A DNA stretch of 64,000 nucleotides from an uncultured Chloroflexia bacterium (GCA_963833225.1 CAWHXD010000008.1:928001-992000); one strand, 5' to 3'; shown: positions 38,376 through 50,498, numbered from the stretch's first letter. The notes: generated by a model not told the origin, from the letters alone. Numbers and translations are program-made.

Positions 38376-40556
38376 TCACGTTCCGTCCGCTCCCTCGTCC
38401 CCCGGCGCCGGCCCGCCGGCAGGCTCAGCCGGGGGTCCGTCAGCCGGGAGTGTAGCGTACGGCCCGCCGGGCTCCGGGGCACGAGCGGCGGGGTGACCGA
38501 TGGCCGGTGCCGGCCGCCGGCGGCTCCGCCGGACCAGGGCAACCGCGACGAGCAGCAGGACCAGGACCACCAGGGCCGCCAGGAGGGCCGCGACGATCGC
38601 CTTCGAGCGTCCGGCGTCCGGGGCGGCGGCGATGAGCGCGACCACGCCGGCGGCGGCCGTCCGGGCGGCATCCAGGTCGCCGGCCTCCCAAGCGGCACCC
38701 GCAGTCACCACGCCGGCCGCCGGATCGGTGCCATCGAGACCCCAGCTCGTGAGCCAGTCGCGAGGCGCGTCGACAGCATCACCCGCGGAGGCGATGGCCT
38801 CGAGAGCATCTAGGGTCCTGGCGGCCTCATCGACGACCGCGTTGACCTCCGCCTCGCTGCCGGCGTCCTGGTAGTCGGCCTCGAGGACCGGCCCCGGGAC
38901 GAGCCCCTCGTCGGCGGCAAGCGCGGCGATCGTGTCCCGCGTCGCGAGCACCCGCTCGGCCCCGTCGATGATGTCAACCGCGTCGCCGAAGTCCCACTCG
39001 TCCAGGGCGCTCCGCACCGCCGCGGGCGGAGCCCAGCTCGAGCCCTCCTCCACGAGGACCGAGTAGCGAGCGAGCGCCGCCTTCCGCGCCGGCAGCAGCG
39101 CCGCGTCGCCGGCGCCCAGCGCCCATTGCTCCATGAGGTCGGCGATCGACCGCCCGGAGGTGGCCCCGGTTGGCGGCGGCGCGGCCTGCTCAGCGAGGTC
39201 GAGGAACCGGCGCCAGTCGTTGGGCAGCCGGGAGGGCTCCGGGGCACCCTCGCCCGGGTACGCCGTCGTCCCGGCGGCCGCGGCGGCGAACACCTCGCGC
39301 ATCCCCGGCTCGCCCACCCGCGCCACGATGCGGCGCACCAGCGTCCACGACGCCGCGTACCCATATGTCTCCCGGTCGCCGGCTTCCTGGTCCCGGATCG
39401 CCGCCGGCGGCGGCCAGTCGTTGAGGGCGAATGCCGCCGCGTCCGTCCGGGCCACCTTGGCCGGCCCGGGATGGCCACGATCGTCCGCCTGGAGCGCCAG
39501 GGAGGCGTACTCGTCGGCCAGGCCTTCGGTGATCCAGCGCTCGGTGAACAGCGAGCCGTTGAACCAGGCGTGCGACGCCTCGTGGATGATCGTGAGGTCG
39601 TCCAGGTCCTCGCTGATGGTGATCTGGTCCGTCTCCGGGTCGTAGAAGCCCGCATACCCCTCGAGCAGCGGCGTGTGCACCTCGGTGACGACGAGCGACC
39701 CCTCGACGGGCCAGGGCAATCCAATCTGGGTCACGAGCTCGGGCAGGCCGTCGCGAAGGAGGCTGCTGACGCGGCGACGCCACTTGGTGTCCTCGGGCCA
39801 GGCCCGGATCACGACGTTCTCGCCGTCCTCGATCGCGAGGCGGTCTGAGGTCAGGGCCGCGTCGTTGGTGGCATTGACCTGGACGTACCAGGTGAGCGGG
39901 TCGATCGTCGTCGCAGACCAGACCTGGAGGCCATCGGTGCCGTGCTCCGTGTCCAGCTCGCTGCCCGCGGTCTCCACGCGGAAGTCGCTGGGGACCTCGA
40001 TCCGTACCTGGCCTAAATCGCCGAACGCCCAGGCGATGAAGGTCGCGAACGCCGGTCCCACGCGCACGTCGCTCTGGGAGCGAGGACGGCCGGCGGGCAG
40101 CTCGAACGACAGCCGCAGCCGCTCGGTCTCGCCAAAGTAGAGCTTCTCGCCGAACAGGACGGTGACCAGCCGATAGCCCTCTCGATCCGCGGCGCGGACG
40201 CGGAGCTCCGATCCGGCGCTGGTGGCGCTGAACCGACGCGCCTCGGGCTGCACGCCAAGGTTGAGGCCGTCGTAGAAGTAGCGGGTCACCCCGCCGGCGG
40301 TGGTCTGGTTGGGCTTGCGATTGACGGCGGTGAGGTTCACGACGACCTTCACCTTGCGCGCCTCGGGATCCACGATGTACCGGGTGTCAGCCGTGATCTC
40401 GAGGTCATCCGCGGCGCGAGCCACGGCAGGGCCGAGGAACCCGGGCAGTGGCAGACCCGGCGCGGCCGCGGGCAGGAGCGCGCCGGCCAGGCCGACGAGC
40501 AGGGCGAGCAGCGTGGCCGCGGTGGCGCGGCGCCCGGTCCGACGCACGGCCGTCAC
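38376..40556 (-). CDS. Secreted, C-terminally anchored M1/gluzincin-like metallopeptidase
   Basis: Signal peptide, HEASH...WITEGLA zinc motif, C-terminal TM followed by Arg cluster. Confidence 0.8.
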   Translation of the reverse strand: MTAVRRTGRRATAATLLALLVGLAGALLPAAAPGLPLPGFLGPAVARAADDLEITADTRYIVDPEARKVKVVVNLTAVNRKPNQTTAGGVTRYFYDGLNLGVQPEARRFSATSAGSELRVRAADREGYRLVTVLFGEKLYFGETERLRLSFELPAGRPRSQSDVRVGPAFATFIAWAFGDLGQVRIEVPSDFRVETAGSELDTEHGTDGLQVWSATTIDPLTWYVQVNATNDAALTSDRLAIEDGENVVIRAWPEDTKWRRRVSSLLRDGLPELVTQIGLPWPVEGSLVVTEVHTPLLEGYAGFYDPETDQITISEDLDDLTIIHEASHAWFNGSLFTERWITEGLADEYASLALQADDRGHPGPAKVARTDAAAFALNDWPPPAAIRDQEAGDRETYGYAASWTLVRRIVARVGEPGMREVFAAAAAGTTAYPGEGAPEPSRLPNDWRRFLDLAEQAAPPPTGATSGRSIADLMEQWALGAGDAALLPARKAALARYSVLVEEGSSWAPPAAVRSALDEWDFGDAVDIIDGAERVLATRDTIAALAADEGLVPGPVLEADYQDAGSEAEVNAVVDEAARTLDALEAIASAGDAVDAPRDWLTSWGLDGTDPAAGVVTAGAAWEAGDLDAARTAAAGVVALIAAAPDAGRSKAIVAALLAALVVLVLLLVAVALVRRSRRRPAPAIGHPAARAPEPGGPYATLPADGPPAEPAGGPAPGDEGADGT

Positions 40557-42607
40557 CGGGCCGGGCCGGCGTCGGGCGACAACGGCTTAGCCGGACGCCG
40601 GGCCGGCGGCCGGCGGCCGCGCCGCCGGTTCGAGACCACCGCGGAGCTCAGGACCAGCACGGTGGCCAGCGCGGCGAGGGCGAGGAGCGCCCGTCGGCGA
40701 CCCTCCTCCCAGGCCACCGTCCACGAGCGGTGGGCACGATCAGCCGCGGCGAGCGCGACGTCCAGGTCGCCAGCCTCCAGCGCCTCGCGCGCTCGAGCCA
40801 CGTCCTGGTCGGGATCCTCGCCCAGCATCCCGATCCGGCTCAGGAGGTCATCGTCGGGTGAGCGGGCCTCCTCCGCTCGGCGGAGGGCGAGGATCGCGGT
40901 GCGCTCGGATTCGGCCCGGGCGCTGGCCTCGGTCATCAGGCCGCTCTCGAACAGCCCCTGCATGACCGGGGGCAACCGCAGCCCCTCGCTGGCCGCGAGC
41001 TCGTCTCCGGCGTTCCGCTGGGCCAGCACCGTCCGGACATCCGCCATGAGCGTCTCGGCGGTGGTGAAGTCCCAGGCCCGGAGCGCATCGCGGATCGCCC
41101 GTGGCAGGCGCCAGTCACCGGCGACGGCAAGGGTCCGCTCGTACGAGACGCGTGCCGCTGCCCGCGCATCAAGCTGTGGGGCCTCCGCCGGCGTGACGAC
41201 CAGCTCACGCCACAGTGGCGCGAGGTCAAGGCCGGACCGCTCCTCGAACAGGTCCAGGAGGTTGCGCCAGTCCGCGGCCCCGGCCACCGTCTCTGGAGAC
41301 GACGACGTCGCGGCGGCCCCGGGTGGCGGCTGGTAGGCCCCCACCCGGGCTGACGCGTCCGCCCAGACGGCCGTCAGCACGTCTGCGCCGACCAGGCTCG
41401 CCAGCTGGGTCGCGAGCTGGTAGGACGCGGCACGGGCATAGGCGTCGGCCGGGGTCCGTGCTCCGGTGCCCCCGGTCCAGGTGTCGAGCGCCAGGGCGGC
41501 CGCCTCGGCCTCCGGGGTCATCACCGGCGGATCGGCGGGCTCACCAATCTGCCGGGAGGCCCGCAGCGCGTAGTAGGTGGCAAAGCCCTCGTTGGCCCAG
41601 CGATCGGCCAGGAGCGCGCCGTTGAACCACACGTGCGCCATCTGGTGGACGGCGACGCCGTGATCGGCCCAGTAGGCGACCTCGATCCGTCGATCCGTCG
41701 GATCGAACATGGCGGCATAGGTGTCCGCATCCCGGCTCACGGACTCGGCGACCGTGACCGGCTCGCCGGCGGGCCACGGCAACCCGATCTCCGCGCGCAG
41801 GGCCGGCAGGGCCTTCCGGAGCAGGGCCTCCATCCGCTTCGACCACGCCCGGTCGTCCGCCCACCCCTGGAGATCCAGGTCCGCCTGCCGGTCCCCAACC
41901 GGGATCGTGATCGACTGGCCGCTGAACACGGCCGGCCGCTCGGCCGTGACGTAGGCGAAGTACGTCAGCGGACTGGCGATCGGCCCGCTCTCGAGCACCA
42001 CGCCGCCCGTCCCCGCGATCTCCCGTCGCGCAAGGTCACCCGACTCCACCGCGACGTCCCAGCCGCCGGGGAACTTGACGGTGACGGTGCTGCCCTCGGC
42101 GCCCGTGGACGCGAACGCCCAGACCGGCAGCGTCACGAGGCTGGCGCCCACCCGGACCTGCGGGCTTGCCGTCTTCCCGGTCCCGGGCAGGTCGAAGGAC
42201 AGCCGGAGCGACACGCTCTTGCCGCTGTAGAGGCGCGCCCCGAAGTCCAGCCGCAGAAGCGTCGACTTGCCGGTCCGCGTTGAGACCCGGGCGTGGGCGC
42301 CGGGGGCGCCGGTCAGCCGGGGATTGACCGCGCCCGGCTGCACCGCCAGGAACGCATGGTCGAAGTAGAACCTGCGGGTGCGGGTCTCCGTCGTGCGGTT
42401 GCGTGCCTCGATCGCGACCGCCACGCCAACGCGGCCATCGTCGGGCCGGATGGTGTAGACGGCGTTGGTGACCATCGTCAGGTCGCCGGACGCGGCCCGT
42501 ACCACGCCGCGGCCGCCCAGGCCCGACGGCAGGGACGGGGCAACGATCACGAGCAGCAGGAGCGCCAGCATCGTGGCGGCCGGCACCTGCCGCCGTCGGC
42601 TCGTCAC
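40553..42607 (-). CDS. Paralogous M1-like protein with degenerate HQxxH motif
   Basis: Same architecture as the neighbour. HQMAH...WANEGFA. GTG at 42607 inferred. Confidence 0.78.
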   Translation of the reverse strand: MTSRRRQVPAATMLALLLLVIVAPSLPSGLGGRGVVRAASGDLTMVTNAVYTIRPDDGRVGVAVAIEARNRTTETRTRRFYFDHAFLAVQPGAVNPRLTGAPGAHARVSTRTGKSTLLRLDFGARLYSGKSVSLRLSFDLPGTGKTASPQVRVGASLVTLPVWAFASTGAEGSTVTVKFPGGWDVAVESGDLARREIAGTGGVVLESGPIASPLTYFAYVTAERPAVFSGQSITIPVGDRQADLDLQGWADDRAWSKRMEALLRKALPALRAEIGLPWPAGEPVTVAESVSRDADTYAAMFDPTDRRIEVAYWADHGVAVHQMAHVWFNGALLADRWANEGFATYYALRASRQIGEPADPPVMTPEAEAAALALDTWTGGTGARTPADAYARAASYQLATQLASLVGADVLTAVWADASARVGAYQPPPGAAATSSSPETVAGAADWRNLLDLFEERSGLDLAPLWRELVVTPAEAPQLDARAAARVSYERTLAVAGDWRLPRAIRDALRAWDFTTAETLMADVRTVLAQRNAGDELAASEGLRLPPVMQGLFESGLMTEASARAESERTAILALRRAEEARSPDDDLLSRIGMLGEDPDQDVARAREALEAGDLDVALAAADRAHRSWTVAWEEGRRRALLALAALATVLVLSSAVVSNRRRGRRPPARRPAKPLSPDAGPAR

Positions 42608-43155
42608 CCGTCGCCGCCCGGCGCGGGCTCCAGGATCTCGGCGAGGTCGGCCGCGAAGCGGGCGATCAGGCGCACCCCGGGACCACCACCGTCCATCGGC
42701 GCGGGGGCGTCCGTGGACCAGCCTCCGGCCTTCAGCCACTCGCAGGCCTCGGCATGGCACCGGTCGGCCACGGCCAGCTCACGGGCGAGCGCAAGCCCCA
42801 GGGCCTCGGCGCTTGCCTGGGCGATCGGGATCTCGGCCATGAGCAGCGGCCGCTCATCCTCCCCGGTCGAGAACTTCACGAACGGCAGCTCGTCGTTCCA
42901 GCGCAGCAGCTTGCGGTAGGACTTGCGGAACGAGTCGTTGATCGGCGGCGCGAAGTGCGCCAGGCAGATCAGCGCGAGCGAGGGATCGAGGATCAGCGTG
43001 ACCCGCAGCCGGGCCCGGCGGCGTCCATCGAGGGCGAGGTCCCACGACGTCACGCGCTCGCGATCGGCGCGCTCGAGGGGCGCCAGGCCCAGCTCGGTGA
43101 GCCAGGCTTCGACATCCGCCGGGGCACAGGCGGACGCCCGGGGGGCGGTTGACAT
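42604..43155 (-). CDS. YbjN domain-containing protein
   Basis: WDLALDG, YRKLLRWNDELPFVKF pattern of YbjN/T3SS-chaperone-like proteins. Leaderless ATG at 43155. Confidence 0.65.
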   Translation of the reverse strand: MSTAPRASACAPADVEAWLTELGLAPLERADRERVTSWDLALDGRRRARLRVTLILDPSLALICLAHFAPPINDSFRKSYRKLLRWNDELPFVKFSTGEDERPLLMAEIPIAQASAEALGLALARELAVADRCHAEACEWLKAGGWSTDAPAPMDGGGPGVRLIARFAADLAEILEPAPGGDG

Positions 43156-43232
43156 GGCGGGCAGTCTATCCCGAGCGGCTGCCACGGACCCGCGGTGCCA
43201 AGGGGAGCAGGAGCACGCCGCGGAGGGCCGGG

Positions 43233-44561
43233 CTATTCGCCTCCAGCCGCGGTCGCGCGCTCCGGTGGCTCGTCGGCGTCATCGCGGAGTGCCGCCTTGG
43301 CCGCCCGGGCCTTGCGCTCGACGGTTCCACCCGAGCGCACGACGCGAGCCCCGAAGTCCGAGGACCGGACCTTGTCGCCGACCTTCACGTTGCGGCCGAG
43401 GCGCGTCCCGCGAGGGATGACGGACTGCTTGCCGACCACCGTGATCCCTGTGTTGAGGCGGCCCGGCTCCTGCTTGTTGGGCGTGTCCAGGTCCGGCCCG
43501 TCGCCCACGATGGCCCCCTGGCCGACCACGACCTCCTTGTCCAGGATCGCCCGGTCCACGACGGCGCCGGCCCGGATCACGGTGTCGAACATCACGATGG
43601 AGTCGCGGACCACGGCCCCCACGTCCACGCGCACCCCCGGCGAAAGCACGCTGTTGACCACCGTCCCATCGATGACGCAGCCGTGCGAGATCATCGACCG
43701 GTGGACCTGGGCGGTCGCCCCGATCTTGGCCGGAGCCCGCTCCTCCGACCGCGTGTGGATGAGCCACTCCCGGTCGTACAGGTCCAGCTCCGGGTGATCG
43801 ACGAGGAGCGCCATGTTGGCCTCCCAGAACGACTGGATCGTGCCCACGTCCTGCCAGTAGCCGGCAAAGCGGTGTCCGTACACCCGGGCGCCGCCCTCGA
43901 GCATCGCGGGGATGACGTCCTTGCCAAAGTCGCGGAGCCCCTCGTCCAGCCATCGCTGGAGCGCACGCTTGGAGAACACGTACACGCCCATGGACGCCAG
44001 GTCGCTCTTGGGCTGCCTGGGCTTCTCCTGCCACTCGGTGACCCGGTCCTGGTCGTCGAGCGCAAGCACGCCCATGCGTGTTGCCTCTGCCAGCGGGACC
44101 CGGCGCACGGCGATCGTGACGTCCGCACGCCGCCGGCGATGCGCCGCCACGAATGGCTGGTAGTCCATCTTGTAGATGTGGTCGCCCGCGAGCACCAGCA
44201 CGATGTCGCCGCCACGCTCCACGACGTTGAAGTTCTGGAGCACCGCGTCCGCGGTGCCGCTGTACCACTCGGCCACCCGGCCGCGCTTGATGTACGGCTG
44301 GAGCATCCGCACGCCGCCCGTGGTGCGATCGAGGTCCCACGGCCGACCCTGCCCGATGTGGTCGTTCAGCGACCGGGGGTTGTACTGGGTGAGCACGACG
44401 ACGTTGTCGTAGCCGGAGTTGACGCAGTTCGACAGCGTGAAGTCGATGATCCGGTACTTGCCACCGAACGGGACGGCGGGCTTGGCCCGCACGGACGACA
44501 GGATCGACAATCGCTCGCCCTCGCCGCCCGCGAGGATGACCGCGATCACGGGCCTTACCAA
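43233..44561 (-). CDS. glgC: Glucose-1-phosphate adenylyltransferase
   Basis: [57 protein letters not shown]. Confidence 0.96.
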   Translation of the reverse strand: MVRPVIAVILAGGEGERLSILSSVRAKPAVPFGGKYRIIDFTLSNCVNSGYDNVVVLTQYNPRSLNDHIGQGRPWDLDRTTGGVRMLQPYIKRGRVAEWYSGTADAVLQNFNVVERGGDIVLVLAGDHIYKMDYQPFVAAHRRRRADVTIAVRRVPLAEATRMGVLALDDQDRVTEWQEKPRQPKSDLASMGVYVFSKRALQRWLDEGLRDFGKDVIPAMLEGGARVYGHRFAGYWQDVGTIQSFWEANMALLVDHPELDLYDREWLIHTRSEERAPAKIGATAQVHRSMISHGCVIDGTVVNSVLSPGVRVDVGAVVRDSIVMFDTVIRAGAVVDRAILDKEVVVGQGAIVGDGPDLDTPNKQEPGRLNTGITVVGKQSVIPRGTRLGRNVKVGDKVRSSDFGARVVRSGGTVERKARAAKAALRDDADEPPERATAAGGE

Positions 44562-44654
44562 GCGTCGTCCCTCCGAAGTGTCCGGTGGTGGCCTCGCATC
44601 GATCCTAGCACCGGGCGGTGACCGATCGGTTGGTGCCCCTGCGAGGCGGACGCA

Positions 44655-46013
44655 CTAGGTGAACAGCCGCGGGTTCACGAAGCTGCCGTTGAACTGGACC
44701 ATCCAGTGGAGGTGCGCTCCCGTGGAATGCCCGGTGTTGCCCTCGTGGCCGATCACCTGCCCCTGCTTGACCACAGACCCGGTGTGGGCAGGGCAGCCGG
44801 GGGTCATGTGCGCGTACCAGGTCGTCAGGTTCGAGCTGTGCGCAATGATCACGATCCACGCCGGGTCGGCGCCGTCCGCGTAGTTCCAGCCGCAGTACAG
44901 GACCCGCCCCGCACCCGAGGCCCGGACCGGGGTCCCGTAGCGCGCAACGATGTCGATCCCGTTGTGGAAGTGGGCACAGCTGCCATACGGCGGTTCCCAG
45001 GAAAAGCCCGTGCAGCCAAAGTCCTGGCTGATCGTCCCGGCCATCGGCCAGACAAGGGTGCCGTTGTACTGCGACGGGATGTTGCCCGCGTGGTACTGCT
45101 CGGCGATGAGCCGGTCGATCTTGCGCTGGAGCGCCTTGCGCGCCGCCGTCGCCTTCGCGATCGCGCGGTGGGCCGCCTGCTTGGTGGCATCGAGCGCGGC
45201 GTACTGGGATCGCTGCTCACGCAGGACCGCCTCGACCGACTTCTCGAGCTCCTTGAGCCTGGCCTTCTCCTTGCGCAGCTCAGCGATCCGCTGGTCGAGC
45301 TTCTGCTTCTGGACGCGCGTCTGCTGCCGCAGGAGGTCCGTCTCGGACCGGGCGGACGCGACCGTCTGGTGGACCTGGAGCAGCGTCGCGCGGTCCAGGG
45401 CGATCTGCTGCGCCAGCGCGCGATCCTGCTCGGCCGCGTCGAGCTGCGAGCTCATCGCGGTCAGCATGTCGGAGAACGAGGCGCCAGACAGGAACACCTC
45501 GAGGAGGGACGTCCGCTCAGCCTCGTAGGCGTCGCGGATGCGGTCCGCGAGCGCGGCCTTGCGCGCGCCCAGCTCGTCGCGCTTGGCGGCTTCCTGCGCC
45601 TCGATGCCGGTCAGCTGGACGGTCAGGTCCGCGAGGGACGCGACGAGATCGTCGTAGGACGCCTTGACCTCGGCGATGTCGCTCTGCATGGCGGAAACCC
45701 GCTGGCGGGTGGACGCGAGGTCCTCGGTGATGCCCTGCAGCTCGTCCTGGGTGCTCGCGATCCGGCCCTCGAGCCGGTCCTGCGACGCGTTGAGCGACGC
45801 GACCAGGTCGCGCTGCTGCTGGATCTTCCGCTGGAGGTCCTTCTGCTGGGCGCGGGCGTCAGCAAGCTCGTCGCCGTACGCCGGCCCCGGGGCCACGACG
45901 GGCGCGGCAAGCACGGGCAGGAGCAGCGGGACCACGAGCAGCGCGGCGAGGAGCCGGGTACCGATCGTCCGGCGGGACCTCGGGAACCTGTGCGCGATCG
46001 AAGGGCGGGTCAA
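44655..46013 (-). CDS. Coiled-coil M23 family peptidase (CwlO/EnvC-like murein hydrolase)
   Basis: Signal peptide, long coiled coil, [20 protein letters not shown]. Start uncertain. Confidence 0.88.
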   Translation of the reverse strand: MTRPSIAHRFPRSRRTIGTRLLAALLVVPLLLPVLAAPVVAPGPAYGDELADARAQQKDLQRKIQQQRDLVASLNASQDRLEGRIASTQDELQGITEDLASTRQRVSAMQSDIAEVKASYDDLVASLADLTVQLTGIEAQEAAKRDELGARKAALADRIRDAYEAERTSLLEVFLSGASFSDMLTAMSSQLDAAEQDRALAQQIALDRATLLQVHQTVASARSETDLLRQQTRVQKQKLDQRIAELRKEKARLKELEKSVEAVLREQRSQYAALDATKQAAHRAIAKATAARKALQRKIDRLIAEQYHAGNIPSQYNGTLVWPMAGTISQDFGCTGFSWEPPYGSCAHFHNGIDIVARYGTPVRASGAGRVLYCGWNYADGADPAWIVIIAHSSNLTTWYAHMTPGCPAHTGSVVKQGQVIGHEGNTGHSTGAHLHWMVQFNGSFVNPRLFT

Positions 46014-46190
46014 GAAGCTGGCGTCCTCATCTGCGGCGGGGCCCGGTCCGCCGCGCCGTTCGAGACGGGGCAGGCGGCTCGCACTCCACCAGACTGGCGC
46101 CGCCGCGGAGGGCACTCCCGAGACGACCTGAACCGACGTTCACACGGAGTGTACCAAGCGGTCGCAATCGACCGACCGGATGACCCCGAG

Positions 46191-46830
46191 CTACCGGATG
46201 ACCAGGACCGCCCAGATGGCGCCCAGGATCAGGAATGGCCCGTAGGGCACGAACGTCTTGAGCGTGATCCGCCGGGCGGCGAGCAGCACCGCCAGCACCA
46301 CGCCGGCCACGAGCGCCCCGTAGATGGCCCCGTAGACCAGCTTGCAGGGGACCGACCATCAGCCCCACGGAGACGAGCAGCTTGAGATCACCCTGGCCGA
46401 TCGCACCGGCCCCGAACGGGATCGACAGGGCATACAGCCCCAGGGGCACCACGATCGCCACGACCAGCGCGACCGGCAGCACGCCGGGCGGCAGCAGCGG
46501 GTTGGCGCCCGAGAGCGAGTACAGGAAGGCAAGCGGGATCGCCGGCAGGGTGACGACGTCGGGCAGCAGCCGCTGGTCGAGGTCGGTGCCGAGCAGGAGC
46601 ACGAGCGCGACCAGGTACGCGCCGAACACCGCGGTCGGAACCGGATCCGTGAAGCGCAGCGCGGCCCCACCCAGCGCGAACGCCCCGACGACCACCACCA
46701 CCGGCGTCCGCCAGTCGATCGACCGGACCGACCCGTCGTCGTGCGCGGGCCAGCGCGCCGCGATCCGGTCGGCGACAAGACCCCAGGCGCCCCCGAGGAG
46801 CGCGGTGACGATGGCCAGCGGCGTCAGCAC
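46191..46830 (-). CDS. Prepilin peptidase A24 family (frameshift near 46345)
   Basis: TDLDQRLLPD and IGQGDLKL. C-terminal VPYGPFL lies in the shifted frame. Confidence 0.85.
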
Positions 46831-46855
46831 GCGCGCAGTCTACGGGACCGGGGTC

Positions 46856-48374
46856 TCAGTCCTTCGCGGCGCCGGCCAGCGCCAGCTCGACGAGGGTGGC
46901 GTGGGTCACCCCGGTGGCGCCGCGCGTCGCATACGGGGTCGCCTTGCGGAAGTACGCGCTGCCGCCGATGTCGAGGTGGGCCCAGGGCACCGTCCGGAAC
47001 TGCTCCAGGAACAGGCCGCTCTTGACCAGCGATCCGTCCGGCGTGCCGGTGTTCTGGAGGTCCCCGTACCAGCTCTCCATCTCGGCCATGTAGTCGGAGA
47101 CCAGCGGCAGGCGCCAGTAGCGCTCGCCCGCGCGCTCGGCCGCGGCCTCCACGTCGCCCCACCACGGGATCCGGCGTCGCGAACACCCCGCGTCGACGAG
47201 GTTGCCGAGCGCCCGGCCAACGGCGCCCGTGAGGGTCGCCACGTCGACGATGTGGGTGGCGCCCAGGTGCTCCGCGTAGGTCATCGCGTCACCGAGGATC
47301 AGCCGGCCCTCGGCATCGGTGTTGATGATGTCGACCCACTTGCCGTTGATCGCCGCACGATGTCGCCGGGCCGCGACGCGTGCCCGCCGGGCATGTTCTC
47401 GACCGCCGGGCGCGACCGCGAGCAGCGGCAGCCCGGGCGCCAGGCGGGAGGCGGTGGCGATGGCCGCGATCACGGTGCAGGCACCGGTCTTGTCCATCTT
47501 CATCTCTTCCATCCGGTCGGACGGCTTGATGCTGATCCCGCCGGAGTCGAAGCAGACGCCCTTGCCGACCAGCGCCAGGTGCCGGCCGAGCGCGTCCTTC
47601 GCCGCCCTCGCCGCCGGAACGGATCACGATCATCCGCGGCGGGTTGGCGCTCCCCTGCCCGACGGCGAGGAACATGCCCATCCCAAGCTCGGCAGCTCGC
47701 TGCTCGTCCAGGACATCGATCCACAGGCCGTGAGCCTCGGCGATGGCGCGGGCCTCGTCGGCGAGGACCTGCGGCGAGACGTCGTTGGCCGAGCGGTTTG
47801 CCAGGCGGCGGGCGATGTTGGCGCCCTCGCCGATGATCCGGCCGCGCTCCGCGGCGGCTCGCCAGGTCCGCGGCCGGCGTCGGCGCCCGACCACGAGGAC
47901 CAGCTCGCCCACGGCCGGCGGGGCAGCGTCGGTGTCCTCGCGGTAGATCGCCTTGGGCTCGAAGCCCCCCTCGACGATCCCCCGGACCACGAGCTCCGCG
48001 GCGAGGGCCGCGTCGCCGCCCAGGCCCGCCGCGATGGGATCCAGCCACACGGCCACCACGTGGACATCGCGGTCGATCATGCGGCGGATCGCGGTCGACG
48101 CCAGGCGGCGGGCGGTCTCGCGGTCGAAGGCATCCGCGGTGCCACCGGACACGGCAAGCACCCGCTTGACCCCGACCTCGCCCGGCGCCGCCATGGCCGT
48201 GGCATAGCGGGTTGGCCTGAGCTCGCCGAACGCGGCCAGGGCCCGCAGCTCGCCGCCGGTCCGGCGGTCAAGCTCGTCGAGCAGGCCGGTGAAGGCGGGC
48301 TCGCCCACGACGGGAACGACGAGCAGGTCGGCGGCGACCGCCCACGGCTGCGCAGTGACAACGCGGATCTGCAC
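46856..48374 (-). CDS. pepA: Leucyl aminopeptidase (M17), several frameshifts
   Basis: AVGQGS..PPR, MK.DKTGA, NTDAEGRL.LGD, ATLTGA, WRLPL, WAHLDI spread over shifted frames. Confidence 0.88.
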
Positions 48375-48505
48375 GAAGGACCTCCGGTGCGGCTGGCCGC
48401 GAGTGGCGCGCTCGAGCGCGCCTGCGCGGCGGCGGATCTCAGGCGGAACGTTGCGATCGAGTGTAGCGCTGACGGGCCCCCGGACCGGCCGCGCCTGGGC
48501 GCGGA

Positions 48506-49491
48506 TCAGCCCGGCGGCAGCGGTGCCGTGCCGTCGCGGAGCTGCTCCTGCACCTCGAGCGCGTTCGCGAGCGAGCCCCGGCGCCTCCTCGATCGAGATC
48601 ACGGCCTGGTTCAGTCCGCCCTGGGCGACATCGGACATGATCACGATCAGGCCCCGCGTGTCTCCCGGAAGCTGGGCGCGAGCCTGCTGCTCGCGCTCGA
48701 ACGCCTTGCGAACGGGGTCGGTGACCCGGGCGCCCGACTTGATGAGCGCCCGGTACAGGTTCCGCAGCGCGGCGTCGTAGGCGGCATTGCGCTCGAGCCA
48801 CGCGGACAGCGTCGACACGTCCGTGGTCCCGGCAAGGTCGTCGCGAAGCCGCAGCGATTCGGTGATGGTGGCGTCGCTCCGGTCGAGCTGGGCGAGCGCG
48901 TCCTCGTACTGGCCGTCGGATCCCCATCCGGGCGGCCGCGGCGGTCTCCTCGTCATGGCGGGTCAGCAGCGTGGTCAGCCGGGTGGCGGCCAGCGCCCGA
49001 CCCGTGAACGACCCCCAGTCGTCCTCGAGCCCCGTGGCCAGGCCCGAGGTCCCGGCCAGCTGCTCGTACCGGCGGTGCAGACCAGCCGAGACGAACAGCG
49101 CCCAGTCGGCACCGGTCGTAGGGCACGTCGGCAAGCGACGTCTCGAGCGCGTCGGTCAGCGCCTGCACCCTGGCCAGACGGAGGGTGCCATCGGCAATCG
49201 TCTGCCCCAGCGGGTCAGCGTCGCCCGCCACGACCTGGCTGAGTGCCTGACGGGCCGTGGCGCCCAGCGCATCGACCTGGTCCGAGAGCGCCTGGAGATC
49301 CCCGGTCGCGACGTCCAGGGCGGGCTCCATGGCCGCATCGCCGTCCCACGTCAGCTCGGGACGGCCCGGCCGAGCCCGGGGGCTGGCTCATGGTTGCCAC
49401 GACGCCGGCCGTCCCGAACGAGATCAGCACGACAACCAGCGATCCAGGCGAGCCGGATGGCCAGGACGCGCAGGGTTTCGATGACGCCCAC
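48506..49491 (-). CDS. Hypothetical N-terminally anchored helical protein, several frameshifts
   Basis: Leaderless GTG at 49491, hydrophobic N-terminus. Coherent helical fragments (MEPALDVAT..., QYEDALAQLD...GGLNQAVISIEEA) in shifting frames. Confidence 0.55.
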
Positions 49492-49546
49492 GTCGCGGAG
49501 GGTAGCGGGTCCTCACGCGGCGCGCGGCTCAGGCGCGGCATCCGGC

Positions 49547-50498
49547 TCAGGCGGCGTCCGGCTCCTGGTCCCTGAGCCGGTGCCGGAGATGGGTGAGGCC
49601 GCCCTCCATGGGCTGCGGGGCGAAGCCGAAGCCGGCCGTCACGCTGTCGAGGGGGCCGACGTTGTCGTGCTTGAGCTGGCGCAGCTGGTCGGTGGCAACG
49701 GGAAACGGGAGGTGAAGCTTCTCCGCAGACGCCGGCCACCAGCCGGATCAGCGCGACCGGCATGGGGACCATCAGCCGGCGCTTGCCCATGCCGCGCAGG
49801 ACCTCCGCCATGATCTCGCGATAGGTCCAGACGCGCGGCCCGCCCAGCGGGCAGCTCGCGACCGATGGTGCCCGGATCGGCGAACGCGATGACGGTCGCA
49901 CCGGCGCGAGGTCGGTGATCGCGAGCGGCTGGAAGCGCGCGTCGCCCTTGCCCGTGATCGGCACGATGCCCGGCGACATCCGGACAAGGTCGGCGAGGAT
50001 GTTGAAGAAGCCGTCGCGCGGCCCGAACAGGAGCGACGGCGAGAGGATCGTCCAGTCGAGGCCGGACTCGCGGACGAGCGCCATCGCCCTTCGCCTTCGA
50101 GCTCGCGAAGTGCAGGTCCGGGTCATCGGCGATGCCGAGCGCGCCCAGGTGGACGAACCGCCGGACACCGCGTCGGAGGCGGCACGCAGGACGTTCCGGG
50201 TGCCCTCGGTGTTGACGAGCCGGAGCGAGGCGCCGCCATCCCAATCGCGCGGGATGGCCGCCAGGTGGAGGATGCCGTCGACCCCGGCGATCGCCGGCGG
50301 CAGGGTGTCGGGCTCGGTCACGTCGCCGTGGCGGGTCTCGACCTGCTCGCGCTGCGCCGGGGTCAGCCGCCGCAGCACCTGCGCGGCGCCGTCATCGTCG
50401 CGGACCAGGGCGACGACCCGATGGCCGGCGTCGACGAGGGCGGGGATCATGTGACTGCCGACAAATCCGTTGGCGCCGGTGACCAGGGTGGTGGACAT
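49547..50498 (-). CDS. NAD-dependent epimerase/dehydratase (NDUFA9-like atypical SDR), frameshifted
   Basis: VTGANGFVG, HLAA, VNTEGT, SGLDWTILSPS.LFG, ARFQP. Confidence 0.82.

Noticed and set aside
46014-46153. c-di-AMP (ydaO) riboswitch before the M23 hydrolase
   Set aside because: A TACACT -10 and GC-rich pairing are present, but I could not find the ydaO consensus motifs.
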